Assembly (NCBI GenBank): GCA_964016885.1
Contig: OZ024740.1
Coordinates: 181,970,001-182,034,000 of the forward strand
DNA length: 64,000 nt
Direction: 5' to 3'
Source of the DNA: Eledone cirrhosa
Taxonomy: Eukaryota
Both the position numbers and the translations under genes were made by a program. Numbering within the stretch: the first letter of the stretch is position 1; each line of letters opens with the position of its first letter. The notes beneath the pieces are model-generated. The model saw nothing but the letters and a program-made list of their open reading frames with translations, made no database searches and was not told the DNA's origin. Positions 26,086 to 37,559 of this stretch are shown piece after piece.

Positions 26086-26160
26086 CAGGGTGTCCTAAAA
26101 ATGTATATGCACTCCAACAGCATTCTAATAAATATGTGTATATATTTATGGGACACCCTG
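26086..26160. mobile_element. 75-bp Tc1/mariner-type mini-MITE
   Basis: TA-CAGGGTGTCC..AAAT.TATA / TATATATTTATGGGACACCCTG-TA terminal inverted repeats with TA target site. Confidence 0.75.
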
Positions 26161-29100
26161 TATGTATATATATATATATACACTCATACACACACACACA
26201 TATATATATATGTATGCACAATACCCACAAACATGCATACACACATACATGTATTGATTTATTTCTTAGGCACAAGGCCAGTTTTGTAATGAAAATTGGG
26301 CGTATAGCAAATTGTATTGATTACTGGAGCAAGTGTATACTGATAGATATTCAATTGACTGCACCCCTACTCCTGCCAAGTTGTAGGGGAATAAAACTAA
26401 AAAAAATCAACTTGCATCAATTAACATACATGCATATACATAAATATGCATGAACATACATACCTATATACAGGTATACATACATACAAGCATAGAAGTA
26501 TACATACATACACACAATTCCTGTATACTATCTTCCTATGACACATGCCTGAGTAGCCATAGCAATCTTATCTCAGATAGAAAAAGAAATAACTACAAAT
26601 AAAGATAATCATGTTGAGACTGATTTGCAGCTAGCAAATTCAAACCCCAAATACTTTATGATTTTATTTGTGACCAAGAAAGAAACATTGAATATTGTAA
26701 TCTTTAGTCTAATACTATGAATTTTCTGAACAACCTATCCACAAGTAAAGTTGCTATAAACATTTGAAATAACAATCCAAGTTTTTAGATATTTTCAGCT
26801 AAATCCTTATATAATATAGAAAAGTATGTGGTAAATGGATAAACGAAATATGATGAAAAGATAAGATTCACGTTTTTTTATTAAAATAAAAATATTCTTC
26901 TTTTACAGCCTTGCCAATAAGCAGATAACCCATCAAAATAAACTCTATAACTTTAATTTTAAACAAAATACATGCATTTCTATTTATATGTCCGTCTGTC
27001 TGGTTTATGCTGTAAAATACTCCCATCAACAACTGCAAACTGAAAATCGATGTAATTTAAAAACCTCCAAACAACATTTAAACTCAAACATCTGATGAAC
27101 AAATAAAAAAAATCTACAAAGCTAATTTGTCTTAGCTACATTAACAAAGAGGTAGTACTAATGCTTAGTATCAAAGTAAAAGTAATATATTCCATATACA
27201 CATGAAAATGTTAATTTGAATAAGCAGTCAGTAAAAAAAGATATATTGGTATACTATGAGAAGAAGAAATTTGCTATATTTTAGCATCTGCTCTTTTGAA
27301 TTATTAATTTCTTTATTCTTAATGTCACAACTGTTTTTATTCTATTCTCTCTCACACCACCTCTGTTTCCATTCATCGATCTCATTTTGTCTTATTGCAA
27401 TTCATTTTTGTTTAAGTATCTTCCTTTCTCAATATTTATTTCCAGATTCCTTCCGATTTTGTATAGAATATTTTATGCTTTTTCTCCTCATGACATTTGA
27501 GCAGACGTTTCTGTTTTGGCTGGAAAGGAGCATATTTACTGAGTTGCATCTTGCCAACAAGGATTTGCATTATTTCTTTTTCTTAATTCAAGTTAATAGA
27601 TGCTTATAGATTTTCTTTTTTTAAGATATAAACATATATCTTAATGTAGCAGTTATTGAAGTTGTAGTAACCCTCAATCAACCAAGCAAAGTTGTGGTTA
27701 TTCAAATTTCTCCACCAGTTCAGTAGACCATTCACTGAATAGAAGCCTTCAAACACATACTGGCTTTAAGCAAGCATAAAAGCAGTTTTACTTTGTTTCA
27801 TCAGCAAATCCAGCAAGAACAAGCCATTCTTGCTGTTCCTCTTCACAGGATTCACTCAGTGAAAATAGTCATTACCATTTAGTTCAGCTAGTTACAGAAT
27901 AAGGCACATTATAGTTGAATGAACCACCAAATTGTCATATCTCTATTATACCTTGTCACATATATTGATTCTACTTATTTTTTCTTTGAACACATGGAAG
28001 CTACAAAAGATTCAACAACAGACACTTCTGTTTTACAGCTTCCCTTGTTTTCTATTTTCCTTTCCTGTTTCGTTTTCTTATGCATAATCTTCCTCCCATT
28101 GGCCTTCAATATTTAAGAAAAAAATGTTTCTGTTTTTTTTTTAATTATTTTTTTTATTACTTGTCTCACTAGCTCTTTTTGATTACCAACTGTAAGGAGT
28201 ACATGATGCTTCCCCTAGTCAGTCATAGCTTACAGACGTTTAATTTGATTAACTAAATAAATATCTCAATAACATTTTCTTTTCAGACAACACATATAAC
28301 ATAAAGCAAACTTTAATTTCAAAACAGATCTATAATGTCACCATCACAACCCTTAACTCTAACTTTGTTTTTGTTTTTTTATTAACATTGACCTTGAAAA
28401 TTGCTACCTTTTCATTATACTAACAAAATTCAATTAAACATGTCATTATAGGAATTACTGCGTCATTCTGACTGGTAATTAACCATTGAAACTTCTGATT
28501 ATGAAATATTTTAAGTATACATGTGATGTTTTAATACATTGATTTAATGTAAAATCTAGGCAAGAAGAAGTCTAAATTTCTGTTTGCACATAGGAAACAA
28601 AAGAGAACTATTATAATTTATTTATTGTTCATATCACTGTGCCTCAACATATTCTAGAAACTAAAATAATTTTCAGACTACCTGATGTACAGCTTCATGA
28701 TATCAAGGTGGATTGGGGGTGTAAAATTGAGAGACAATAGATGATGGGGAACATGGCCTATTGTATAATGGGGGTCCTATTCACTGCAGATAATAGTTTT
28801 ATTTACTTTATTATATAGAATCTGGCTATTGCAGGCTAGTTCAGTATGTTGAGTTTGGAAAGGTGGTTGTTCTGTGTTCAGGTCGCCGAATTTGGAGGGT
28901 GGATCACTATTTGGTTTAGTAGGTGTCATGAGTGCATTTTGGCGTTCAGTTTCGGGTGTCTGCTCAGTGTTTTGTGGACATATTGGAGCAATAACGGCCT
29001 GATCTACGTATATATAATGTGGTTTCTAGAAGTCATACACTGTACATTTGAACACCCCATGTAGTATTTCAAATTGAAAATATAAAAGTTACTGTAGCTA

Positions 29101-29724
29101 TAAATTTTCTAACTGTCTGGTTGCATTGTTAAGACATAACAGAAACAAATCACCACAATATTCTAGACTAGAGATTGCATCAATTTGGTGTGATGGCAAT
29201 AATCTCTGTAGGTGTGTCATGAAATTAAGTCAAATCTGAACAATTTCTACAAATATTCAGCTGTAAAGAAATATTGAGATCTGACACATTTGTGTATAAT
29301 TAGACACATCTTTAGAGACACATGATAATATATTTAATTGTTTAGTAATTTTGTTAATTTCTTATCACGAAAAAAACTTACTTGATGTGTCATGATAAAA
29401 TTTCAGTTTTAAAAAGTGTATGGCCAATTTGAAAAGTTTAGAGAACTATTTTCTAGACAGTATTTTATATGCTTTCCTTTTAACCAGTTCACTGTTATAT
29501 ACAACTTTTATCAAAGTTTCTAACATACAACATTTTCCAAATTATCAGCAGGTTGTTATATGTAACTACAATCAACAAGGGTGTTTCTATAAGTCAAGTA
29601 CTGAGAGTTGATATAATCAACAAAGATTTGCCTTTGCAAATTTGTGGTTTTGCATCTATGTTAGAATTTATTATTATTACTACTAGTATAATCCATCTCA
29701 CTAGAAAATATACCTTGAAGGGTC

Positions 29725-30010
29725 AACTTTATGGTAAGTGTTTTGGACTTACAAACATATGCTCTGGATTCAATTCCTAAACTGGGTTGTGTGTTGTGTA
29801 CTTGAGCAAAACACTTCATTTCATGTTGCTCCAGTTTACTGAGCTGAAAATGAATATTAGTAGCTCGGGGTGGGGTTAAACCTGCGATAGACTGGCATTG
29901 TGTTCAAGGTGGAGTCCTGTACACTCAATCACTTAATGCCACAGGAGTTGGGATAAACACTGGGATAAGCTTCGGATAAACTTGAGCCTCCAGGCTCAAG
30001 ACAGACTTTA
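29725..30010 (+). mobile_element. tRNA-derived CORE-type SINE
   Basis: GGATTCAATTCC box B, GTTGTGTACTTGAGCAAAACACTTCATTTCATGTTGCTCCAG core; similar copies at 44.9, 48.3, 48.5, 52.6 and 62.1 kb. Confidence 0.75.
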
Positions 30011-30957
30011 GACCTTTTAGTCAACTTTCAATTATCTGAAGTCAGTAAGTACTAGTCAAGTTCTTGATTAAATCTATTCAATTATTTGTCTTTCCCTAAA
30101 ATTTATAATCTTCTGCCAATCTAAGAAATCATTTGCCACCAGTAACATGCATGTTTAGTCTCATGATGTGTGATGTGATTTCAATTACTCAAGTTACAGT
30201 TTATTTCCTTTAAAAAAATATAGTGGTTATTGTTGTCACTGTAATGAAGAGACATTTCAATAAGTTTGTTCATTGTTTCCATATTTTGAAAATCCATTAG
30301 TATATATAATATTACAGATAATGCATTACCGGTTGTTTAAAATTCTAGGTTTCAATCATAATAGATTTATTATGGCCTCATGGCAAATATTCTATAGATT
30401 TACTCAAAACCTAAGCATTTCCTTTATTTAGATTTGTAAAATTATATGAATTTTTATATAAAATTTAGTTTGCTTTCTTGTTATACATTTAGGATTTCTG
30501 TTTATTTGTTGCTAGTAACTTATTACGTTTTTATTCAATTGTTCATAGAAATTTATTGATGTAATAGATAAAGGTAAATATTGTTAGACAATTAATGTAT
30601 CCAGCTACAATCATGTCCTTATTGTGTATGAGTGTGGTGAATTGTCAGAAATTCTAGAACATCAAACAAAGTTTCATGTAGATATTTAGTTTCATACATC
30701 TATGCTGAGAGTTCAACTCCCGTTAAAGTTAATGCATTGTCTTTCATCTTTAAGTATACGGAAGGTAAACATTTGCTCTAGTAATATGCAAATATTTAAC
30801 TTTATGAAAATCATCAGAAACACAATTGTAAAAAAAAAAGTAAATAAAAATGTTATAAGACTAATAAGCAACATTACAACAGCATTTATAAGTTAACATG
30901 TTTTATGTACCATTGCTTTATTAAAAGAATAAATATATATGTAATATATATATTATG

Positions 30958-30993
<36 letters not shown>

Positions 30994-30994
30994 T

Positions 30995-31184
30995 AATAAT
31001 TGTTTCTACTTTAGGCACAAGGCCAGCAACTATCCAGTTCATTACTGGTACTTTTTTTTATCGACCCCGTAAGGATGAAAGGCAAAGTCAACCTCGGCGG
31101 GATTTGAACTCAGATCGTAAAGGGACGTAACTATGCTGGAAAGCATGGCGTCCGACGCTCTACCGAGACTGCCAATCCACCGCC
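30995..31184 (-). mobile_element. tRNA-derived SINE (Meta-type)
   Basis: Near-identical reverse complement of the 6069 copy; ACATAATAAT on both sides. Confidence 0.9.
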
Positions 31185-31188
31185 CTAC

Positions 31189-31251
<63 letters not shown>

Positions 31252-31496
31252 TTTTCTTTATTAACCACAAGGGTTTACATAAAGTAGACATTAAGGACAG
31301 TACAGGACAATAAAGGACGGTACAAATGGGCATTTCTGCGTGTAAAAAAAAAACAGAGAATGTAATAAAATAACAAAGAAAGATTCCCCAATAGGGGGGA
31401 GACTTCCGAGGGACATTTGTGGAGAAAGCCCATTAAAAGACCACAGTGACCCTGACCACCAGGACAAGTGCCGTCTCCCTGTTTTCCACCTTTAAT

Positions 31497-34400
31497 TTAC
31501 AGACACATACTCAGAGTAGGCCCATTCACTCGGGCCATACTTGCCTCTCTCACCCATCTTTCAACAAAATACTGGGAAGAGAGCACTTCCCTCTCTACCT
31601 TGATTTTCCTTTTCAAATAAAATTTGAAAAAGTTAATCAGGGCATCACCGAAGAGGTAAGTGCTCGTCTTCAGCCCTTTCAAACGTGTCCACCATACAAT
31701 CTCTTTCGCCATGGCCACCAGACAGATGAAAACTGCCTGCCCTTCCCGGCTAAAGGAAGAAGGCGAGGCAATCCTTACGATGGACTCAGCTGATAGCTGG
31801 ATTCGTCGTATACGTGACAGCAGGTATTCGACATAAACCCACAAGTCAACAATGCTCGGACACTGGACGAGTGCGTGCAGGACGGTTTCGTCGCCCTGCG
31901 CGCATCTCGGACATGCCCGGCTGACGGAACCTCCATGCCTGTAGAGTTTATCCCGAACTGGCACAGCTTCTCGGTAGCACTGCCAGGCCAGGGATTTCTG
32001 GAAGTTGTCCATAGTCCCGGCACGAAAGTCCTTCCGAAGAGATTGGCTAGTTGATTTTCGTCAACGCCTAGATTTTCTCCAAGTACGTCGTCGCTCTTCC
32101 TCTCCACTAATCCTCTATAGAACGCCAAGGTGGAGTTTCCACCGATCACATTGCCCGATTGGTCGAGGGCTGTGAGCGCCTGAAGACATTCCAGTCTCCA
32201 AGCGCTCCCTCTCGGTCTTCGCTTGACCCATGACTGCAGCTCCGTCAAGGAGACGAACTGGGGAAAGACGTGTCTAGCAAACGGCGACCGCACCTGATCA
32301 CCGTCGAGGAAGAGGTGGAGATGTCGTAGCCTGAGCGCGTGTCTGCGCATCATCAGCCACGGCAAGCCCAGCCCTCCACGTAGCGGGTGTTGACAGCAGA
32401 TGGACAGCCTGACCATCGGAGCGAGTCCCTTCCACAAAAAGCGAAAGAACAAACGCTCCAGCGCAGTCAGGCGGGGCTTAGGACAAGGTACGATGGTCAG
32501 GCGGTAGTAGATGACGGACGCGATATACGCGTTAGCCACCTCCGCTCGACCTTTCAGGGATAGCTTCCTCTCGGCTCATTTCTGGGTGACAGAAGCCACC
32601 CTGCACGTCACCTCGTCCCAGCTTTTGTCCGTCTGGAAGTCCGGACCGAACCAGACCCCTAGCAATTTAACCGGTCCGTCCATCCAGCGACTGACGACGC
32701 TGTTGGACGGCATGGACCTGCCTCTCCAGGTGCCGAGTTGCAGGCCCACTGCCTTTTCCTGGTTGATCATTGCTCCTGTCACCGCTTCGTATTCTCTTAG
32801 TCTAGTGCCGATCGCCTCGATGTGTTTGGCGTTCGACACCAGTACGGTGATATCGTCCGCATATGCTGACACGGATCTTCCGCATCCTAGTTCGCGCGGG
32901 ACCCCCTCAACGTCTCCAGTTTGTGCAGTAATGGCTCGAGAGTCAATACGTACAAGAGGGACGAGAGGGGACATCCTTGGCGGACCGAGCGCATGATGTT
33001 GAACGGTTCCGAAAGGTGACCGTTCACTCTCACCACAGAGCAGATGTCGCTGTGCATGGCATCGACCCTATCGAAGGCTTTCGACTGATCTAAATTTATC
33101 AAAGACCCACCCGTGCCATGTTCCCTAGCTACCCTCTATACGATGTATCGCATGAGGTGGAGGTTGTCGTGGATGGATATGTCGGAAATGACGCATGTCT
33201 GCGCCTCTCCCACCAGACCACCAACGACAAGCGCCAACCTCTTTGCTAGCACCCTGGCCAAGATCTTGAACTCTGTGTTTAGCAGAGTTATGGGCCTAAA
33301 ATTATCTATGTAATCCCCCTTGTTCGGATCCTTTCTCAGCAGCGCCACCACTCCTCGGCTCACAGAGCTGGGAATTCTCCCGTTCTGTTGCCAATTGCAG
33401 TAGACGTCCGCCAAGAGGCCTCCGAACATGTCTGGCATTTGTACATAAAGTTCATAGGGAAGACCATCCAAACCAGGCGATTTACCCCTTGTGCAGCCAG
33501 TCATTGCCTCCTGTACTTCAGCGGCTGTTATCGGCTTTTCGCAACACTCCGTTTCAGTGGCCGAGAGCCGCGGCAGTCCGTCGAGGTAGACACTAAAGTC
33601 CCTCGATCCAGCCCGCCGCTGCCCCGGAACAGCTGTGCGAAGTGTCGCTGAAAAGCTTCACACATTTGCCCGGGATCGAGTAGCATGCGCCCGTCGTGGT
33701 CCACCAAACGGATCGTGGCTTTGTTGCCACGACGCGCCTCCGCCACTCGAGCCCATTGAACGGCTTTCGTCCCCTCGTGTGTGAGAGCACGCACCCTAGC
33801 TCTGACAACGCAGCCTTCGTGCTTTGCATTGAAGAATTGGTCACGGGCCAATTTCGCCGCAAGTACGTCGGTCGCGATGCCTTTGCTAAGCGCCTCGTCT
33901 AATTTTCTAACTAATTCTCCCTCTGCTCTATTTTTCTCTATTGCTAAAGCCTTACTAAACCTAATGGAGTCTATTCTAATTGCTCTTTTTAGAGCAAACC
34001 ACCACTTGTTGTTGACGATAGCCCCCGTCAACGCTCGCTTAACTAGTTCTCTAATTCGGTCTCTGTAGGCCTTACGCGCTAGTAAGGACGCGTTTAGCTT
34101 CCAGTAGCCTGGTCCTCGCATATGAAGCCTATCTAAGTCAAGCACACAGATCACAAATTTGTGGTCCGTGTAGCTGACTATCTTGAATTGTGGACAGCCT
34201 ATGCTAGACCTAGACAGGTCTCCAGACGCCGGAAGAAATCAGGCCGTCCTGCTCCTGTCGGGGCATAGACGACCACTAGCCTGAAAGCTTGTCCTTCTCC
34301 GCTGGTACGTCCAGCACCAGCAATTTACCTTCTGGGTTCAGGAAGATGGCCCGAACGGCGAGATCCAAACCTCTCCGAAAAGGCACAGCAACTCCTCCCC

Positions 34401-34582
34401 CGATCCAGCACGGCTGGATCGTAGCCGCCGAAGATCGGTGCGAAGGCTCGTGCTTCGGAGATTCTGGTCTCGCTGATGGCCACTACATCTATGTTTAGTG
34501 ACCTGAGGTTGTTGAGCAGGTCGCCCTTTCATGACGACTCCAAACCACGCGCATTTAGGCTTCCTATTCTGAGTGGATTCAT
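31497..34582 (-). pseudogene. Tx1-like ORF2: AP endonuclease + reverse transcriptase + C-terminal zinc finger (frameshifts, internal deletions)
   Basis: MNPLRIGSLNARGL..DVVAISET..VYAP, YTDH, GPGYWKLN, KSPGLDG, NFRPITLLN, DQSKAFDRV, RQGCPLS, AYADD, CPRC..ETVLHALVQC; deletions near 34210 and 33062. Confidence 0.9.
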
Positions 34583-34621
34583 GTTGAAATGGAGTGGAAA
34601 AGATGGGAAAGACCACTTACC

Positions 34622-36533
34622 TTATTTCTCGTAGAGGAAGGATGGTTTCTCCATGCTTTTCACTGCTCGTGGCCTCCTCCGAAAGGATGTCCTTATAAAT
34701 CCTCCTGGAGAGTGCTTGTCGGAAGTCTCCGATGTCTTTGGGGAATTTTTGTTTTCGTGTCGCGTACGTTTTCTGTGTGATGCGAGTGATTTGTATGTGT
34801 GGAGGTGGTATGAACTTTTGGGGTGTTGTGTAGTCTTTTTCTGTGATGCTGGTGTGGGATGTAGTGTAATAATTGGTTGTTGTTCAAATTTAATGCTGTG
34901 TAGTGTGTATCGTTTTGGTTGTTTTGTTTTGTTTGCGTTTGTTGTGGGTTTGTTTCTGTTTCGCTTTTTGGTGACTTTTGTGGTGTTGGTGATGGTGGTG
35001 TTGGTGTTAATGATGGTGATGGTGTTGGTGTTTGTGGTGATGGGGTTGGTGATGCTGATGTGGATGGTGGCATACCTGTCCTACCTTTTTTGTTTGATAG
35101 TTTATTTGTTTCCCTCTGTATTTTGTTTTTGGAGGGGGAAGGAAGAGGGTTTTTTCTTTTTTTCTTTTTTCCTGATACCGTTTCCCACTCCTCGTCGTCA
35201 AAATCTGTTTCCAGTTGCGATAGGTCGGGGAGTGGAAAATCCTCCACAGGCGTTGGTTTTGATTGCGGCGTGGTGGATGGTGTAGGCGCTGGTGCTAGTT
35301 CTGGCGCGTTGGGTGGTGGTGGTGTTGGTTTTGATACTGTTGCTGGGGTTGTTGCTGTTACAGTTGCTTCTGTTGTTGCTGCTACAGTTGTTGCTGTCAT
35401 TTCTGCTGCTGGTGGTGTTGATGGTTGAGTCACTGTGGTGGTTAAGAGAGGTGGCCTCAACCTTTTAGCCTGAGGGCAGAAAGCCCTTAGGTGGGTTCCT
35501 TCACCACAAACGACACACCTAGGCCTTCTGCCCTCGACGATTACGGTGAGGTGTCTGCCGTCAGTGAGGTATATTACCTCTGGGATTTCCTCAATGCTTT
35601 TTTGGTCCGCTTGGATCAAGAGCTCCATCCCAGATCCGGACAGGTTCTCCTGCTTTTCTTTTGCTATTTCGATTATCTTGGTTTTTGGCCTCGATTAAGG
35701 CGAGGACGGCAGCCATTAGCCAGGGAATTTCGATGGCCGCTGGAACGTGGGTCACCCTGATCTTCATGAGTCTCTGGCTACAATAGCTTGGGGCGAGTGT
35801 GAAGTCGGCACTTCTTAATGGGGCCATGGAGTGTTCTCTGGCCTCCTGTAGTGTTCCAAAGAACACGTCCACGTTTCCATATTTCTGCCCATGTCTGATG
35901 TGGGTTTTTTTCGCCCACACATGTCCCAAAGCATTTTGGATTTCGGACTCGGATGCCCGTTACACTCGGCGCGATTTTATGTTAATCGCCCGATAAGACA
36001 CGGTGTAGAGGCGCCGATGCTCCATTTTATTAGGTGGCGGGATGAGGCTGACCCTGTATCCATCTTTCTTTACCATTCTCTTGGCTTCATCTAATTCCTC
36101 CTGAGTTACCTGGATTGCTTCGCAATTTTTTACTGCTTTGGCAAAAGACACGGTAGTTTTGTTGTTATTCTCATTGTTGTTGTTGCTGTTGTTGTTATCG
36201 TTTTTTTGTTATTGTTATTTTTAATTTAAGTTGTGGTGGTGGTGGCGTCAGTGGTGTTTGGTGTGGAAGAGTCCATTCTGGGTGAATCCATTTCGATGTC
36301 ACGAGATAATTTATTTTTTTCTTTTGTTTCTGTTGTCGTTGTGGTGGTGGTAGGTTGGCGGCTTCAACACCTGCAATCACTGATAATGGCGGGAAATGAA
36401 TGTCTGCATGAGACAAATTTAAATTATTACTACTGCTTATATTTTTAGTGTTGGCAAACGAAGTAATATTTACAACGGTGGTGTCGGTGTGAGGTGTTAG
36501 TTTGTGAGGAAGGTGTGGCTGTGAGTCGTCCAT
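34622..36533 (-). pseudogene. Tx1-like ORF1 (gag-like, CCHC knuckle, Pro/Thr-rich tail), frameshifted
   Basis: Overlapping ORFs 36195-36533, 35960-36151 (SFAKAVK), 35591-35929, 34693-35628 with EGRRPRCVVCGEGTHLRAFCP and WETVSGKKKKR. Confidence 0.8.
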
Positions 36534-37134
36534 GATTTTTTCAAAGAAATTTTGTGTTTGATAATTATAAAAGTTTAAATTTGGGGCTCAAGGCCACACT
36601 CTTTTTGAGTGTCCTTTTCCGAAAGCAAATTTTGTGACCTTATAAACAGTTAACAACAAAACTTTTCCATAAATGGCAATTTTAAACAAACGAAAACAAC
36701 AAACCTTTGCGGAGCTCACGATGATTCGTTTCCTACGTAGGTCGCCATAATAATAATAATAATAATAAACGCACATGGTGCATATATATCGTTATTAATT
36801 GCTCCCGTAAGTTTTTGATTTTTACTTATTTAAAACAACTGTGATAGAATAATTCTTATTACAAATGAAGTATAAGTTTACAGTTTTGACTCTCAGCAAG
36901 CCACTACGCATCACATTACGGCATAGGACCCCAATATTTAATATTTAATTTTGGATCAGAAATGTTATAGACGAAAAAGAGAAAAATAGCTAAGTGGACA
37001 GACAGGCAAATAATTTCACCACCAACACCACCACCGCCACCATCACCACTACCACGCCAAAAACTCTAGTCAAATTACCTCAAATTCCATTTCCACTTCA
37101 ACTTCAACACCATCACTACAGTACTACGATCACA

Positions 37135-37277
37135 TCACCACCACCGCTGCCTCATTATCGCTACCGCCGCTATTCTCTCCCACTACCTCCTGCTAAGTTC
37201 TACTAGCACATCACCACCACCACCACTGCCTCATTATCGCTACCGCCGCTATTCTCTCCCACTACGTCCTGCTAAGA
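37135..37277. repeat. Local tandem duplication (~78-bp unit x2)
   Basis: GCCTCATTATCGCTACCGCCGCTATTCTCTCCCACTAC.TCCTGCTAAG occurs twice. Confidence 0.9.
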
Positions 37278-37559
37278 CAGGCATCGTAGTATTCCTACTA
37301 AATGAGGAAGCCATCAAAAGATATAAATAGACTGATTTGATGACCCGGTCAAAAAACCAAAAATCAAAAGCAAAACAGCACGGCAGCAACGAAAAACGTA
37401 AAGAAAAGAAAAAAGAAAAGAAAAGCAAACAGACAGACAGACAAGGAAAAAAAAACTTAGTCAGACATTCAAACATTACATTAAAATTAAACTTATGCTT
37501 ATTTTTTTGGAGGGGGGGTTTACCTATTTGTTTGTTTGTTTGTTTATTTATGTTCGTCT

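Larger units (their letters stand above)
31251..36747 (-). mobile_element. Tx1/L1-clade non-LTR retrotransposon, near full-length, in a (TAA)n run
   Basis: ORF1 and ORF2 on the minus strand, 3' AATAAAGAAAAC then (ATT)n; (TAA)n at both ends (31189-31250, 36748-36767); CpG-rich relative to flanks. Confidence 0.9.

Noticed and set aside
28680-29063. Possible mariner transposase/TIR relic (TTTGAACACCCCATGTA)
   Set aside because: Only one plausible TIR; protein motifs too decayed to support
34653-35428. Plus-strand hydrophobic and Gly/Val-rich ORFs of 210 and 169 aa
   Set aside because: Antisense shadows of the Pro/Thr-rich Tx1 ORF1
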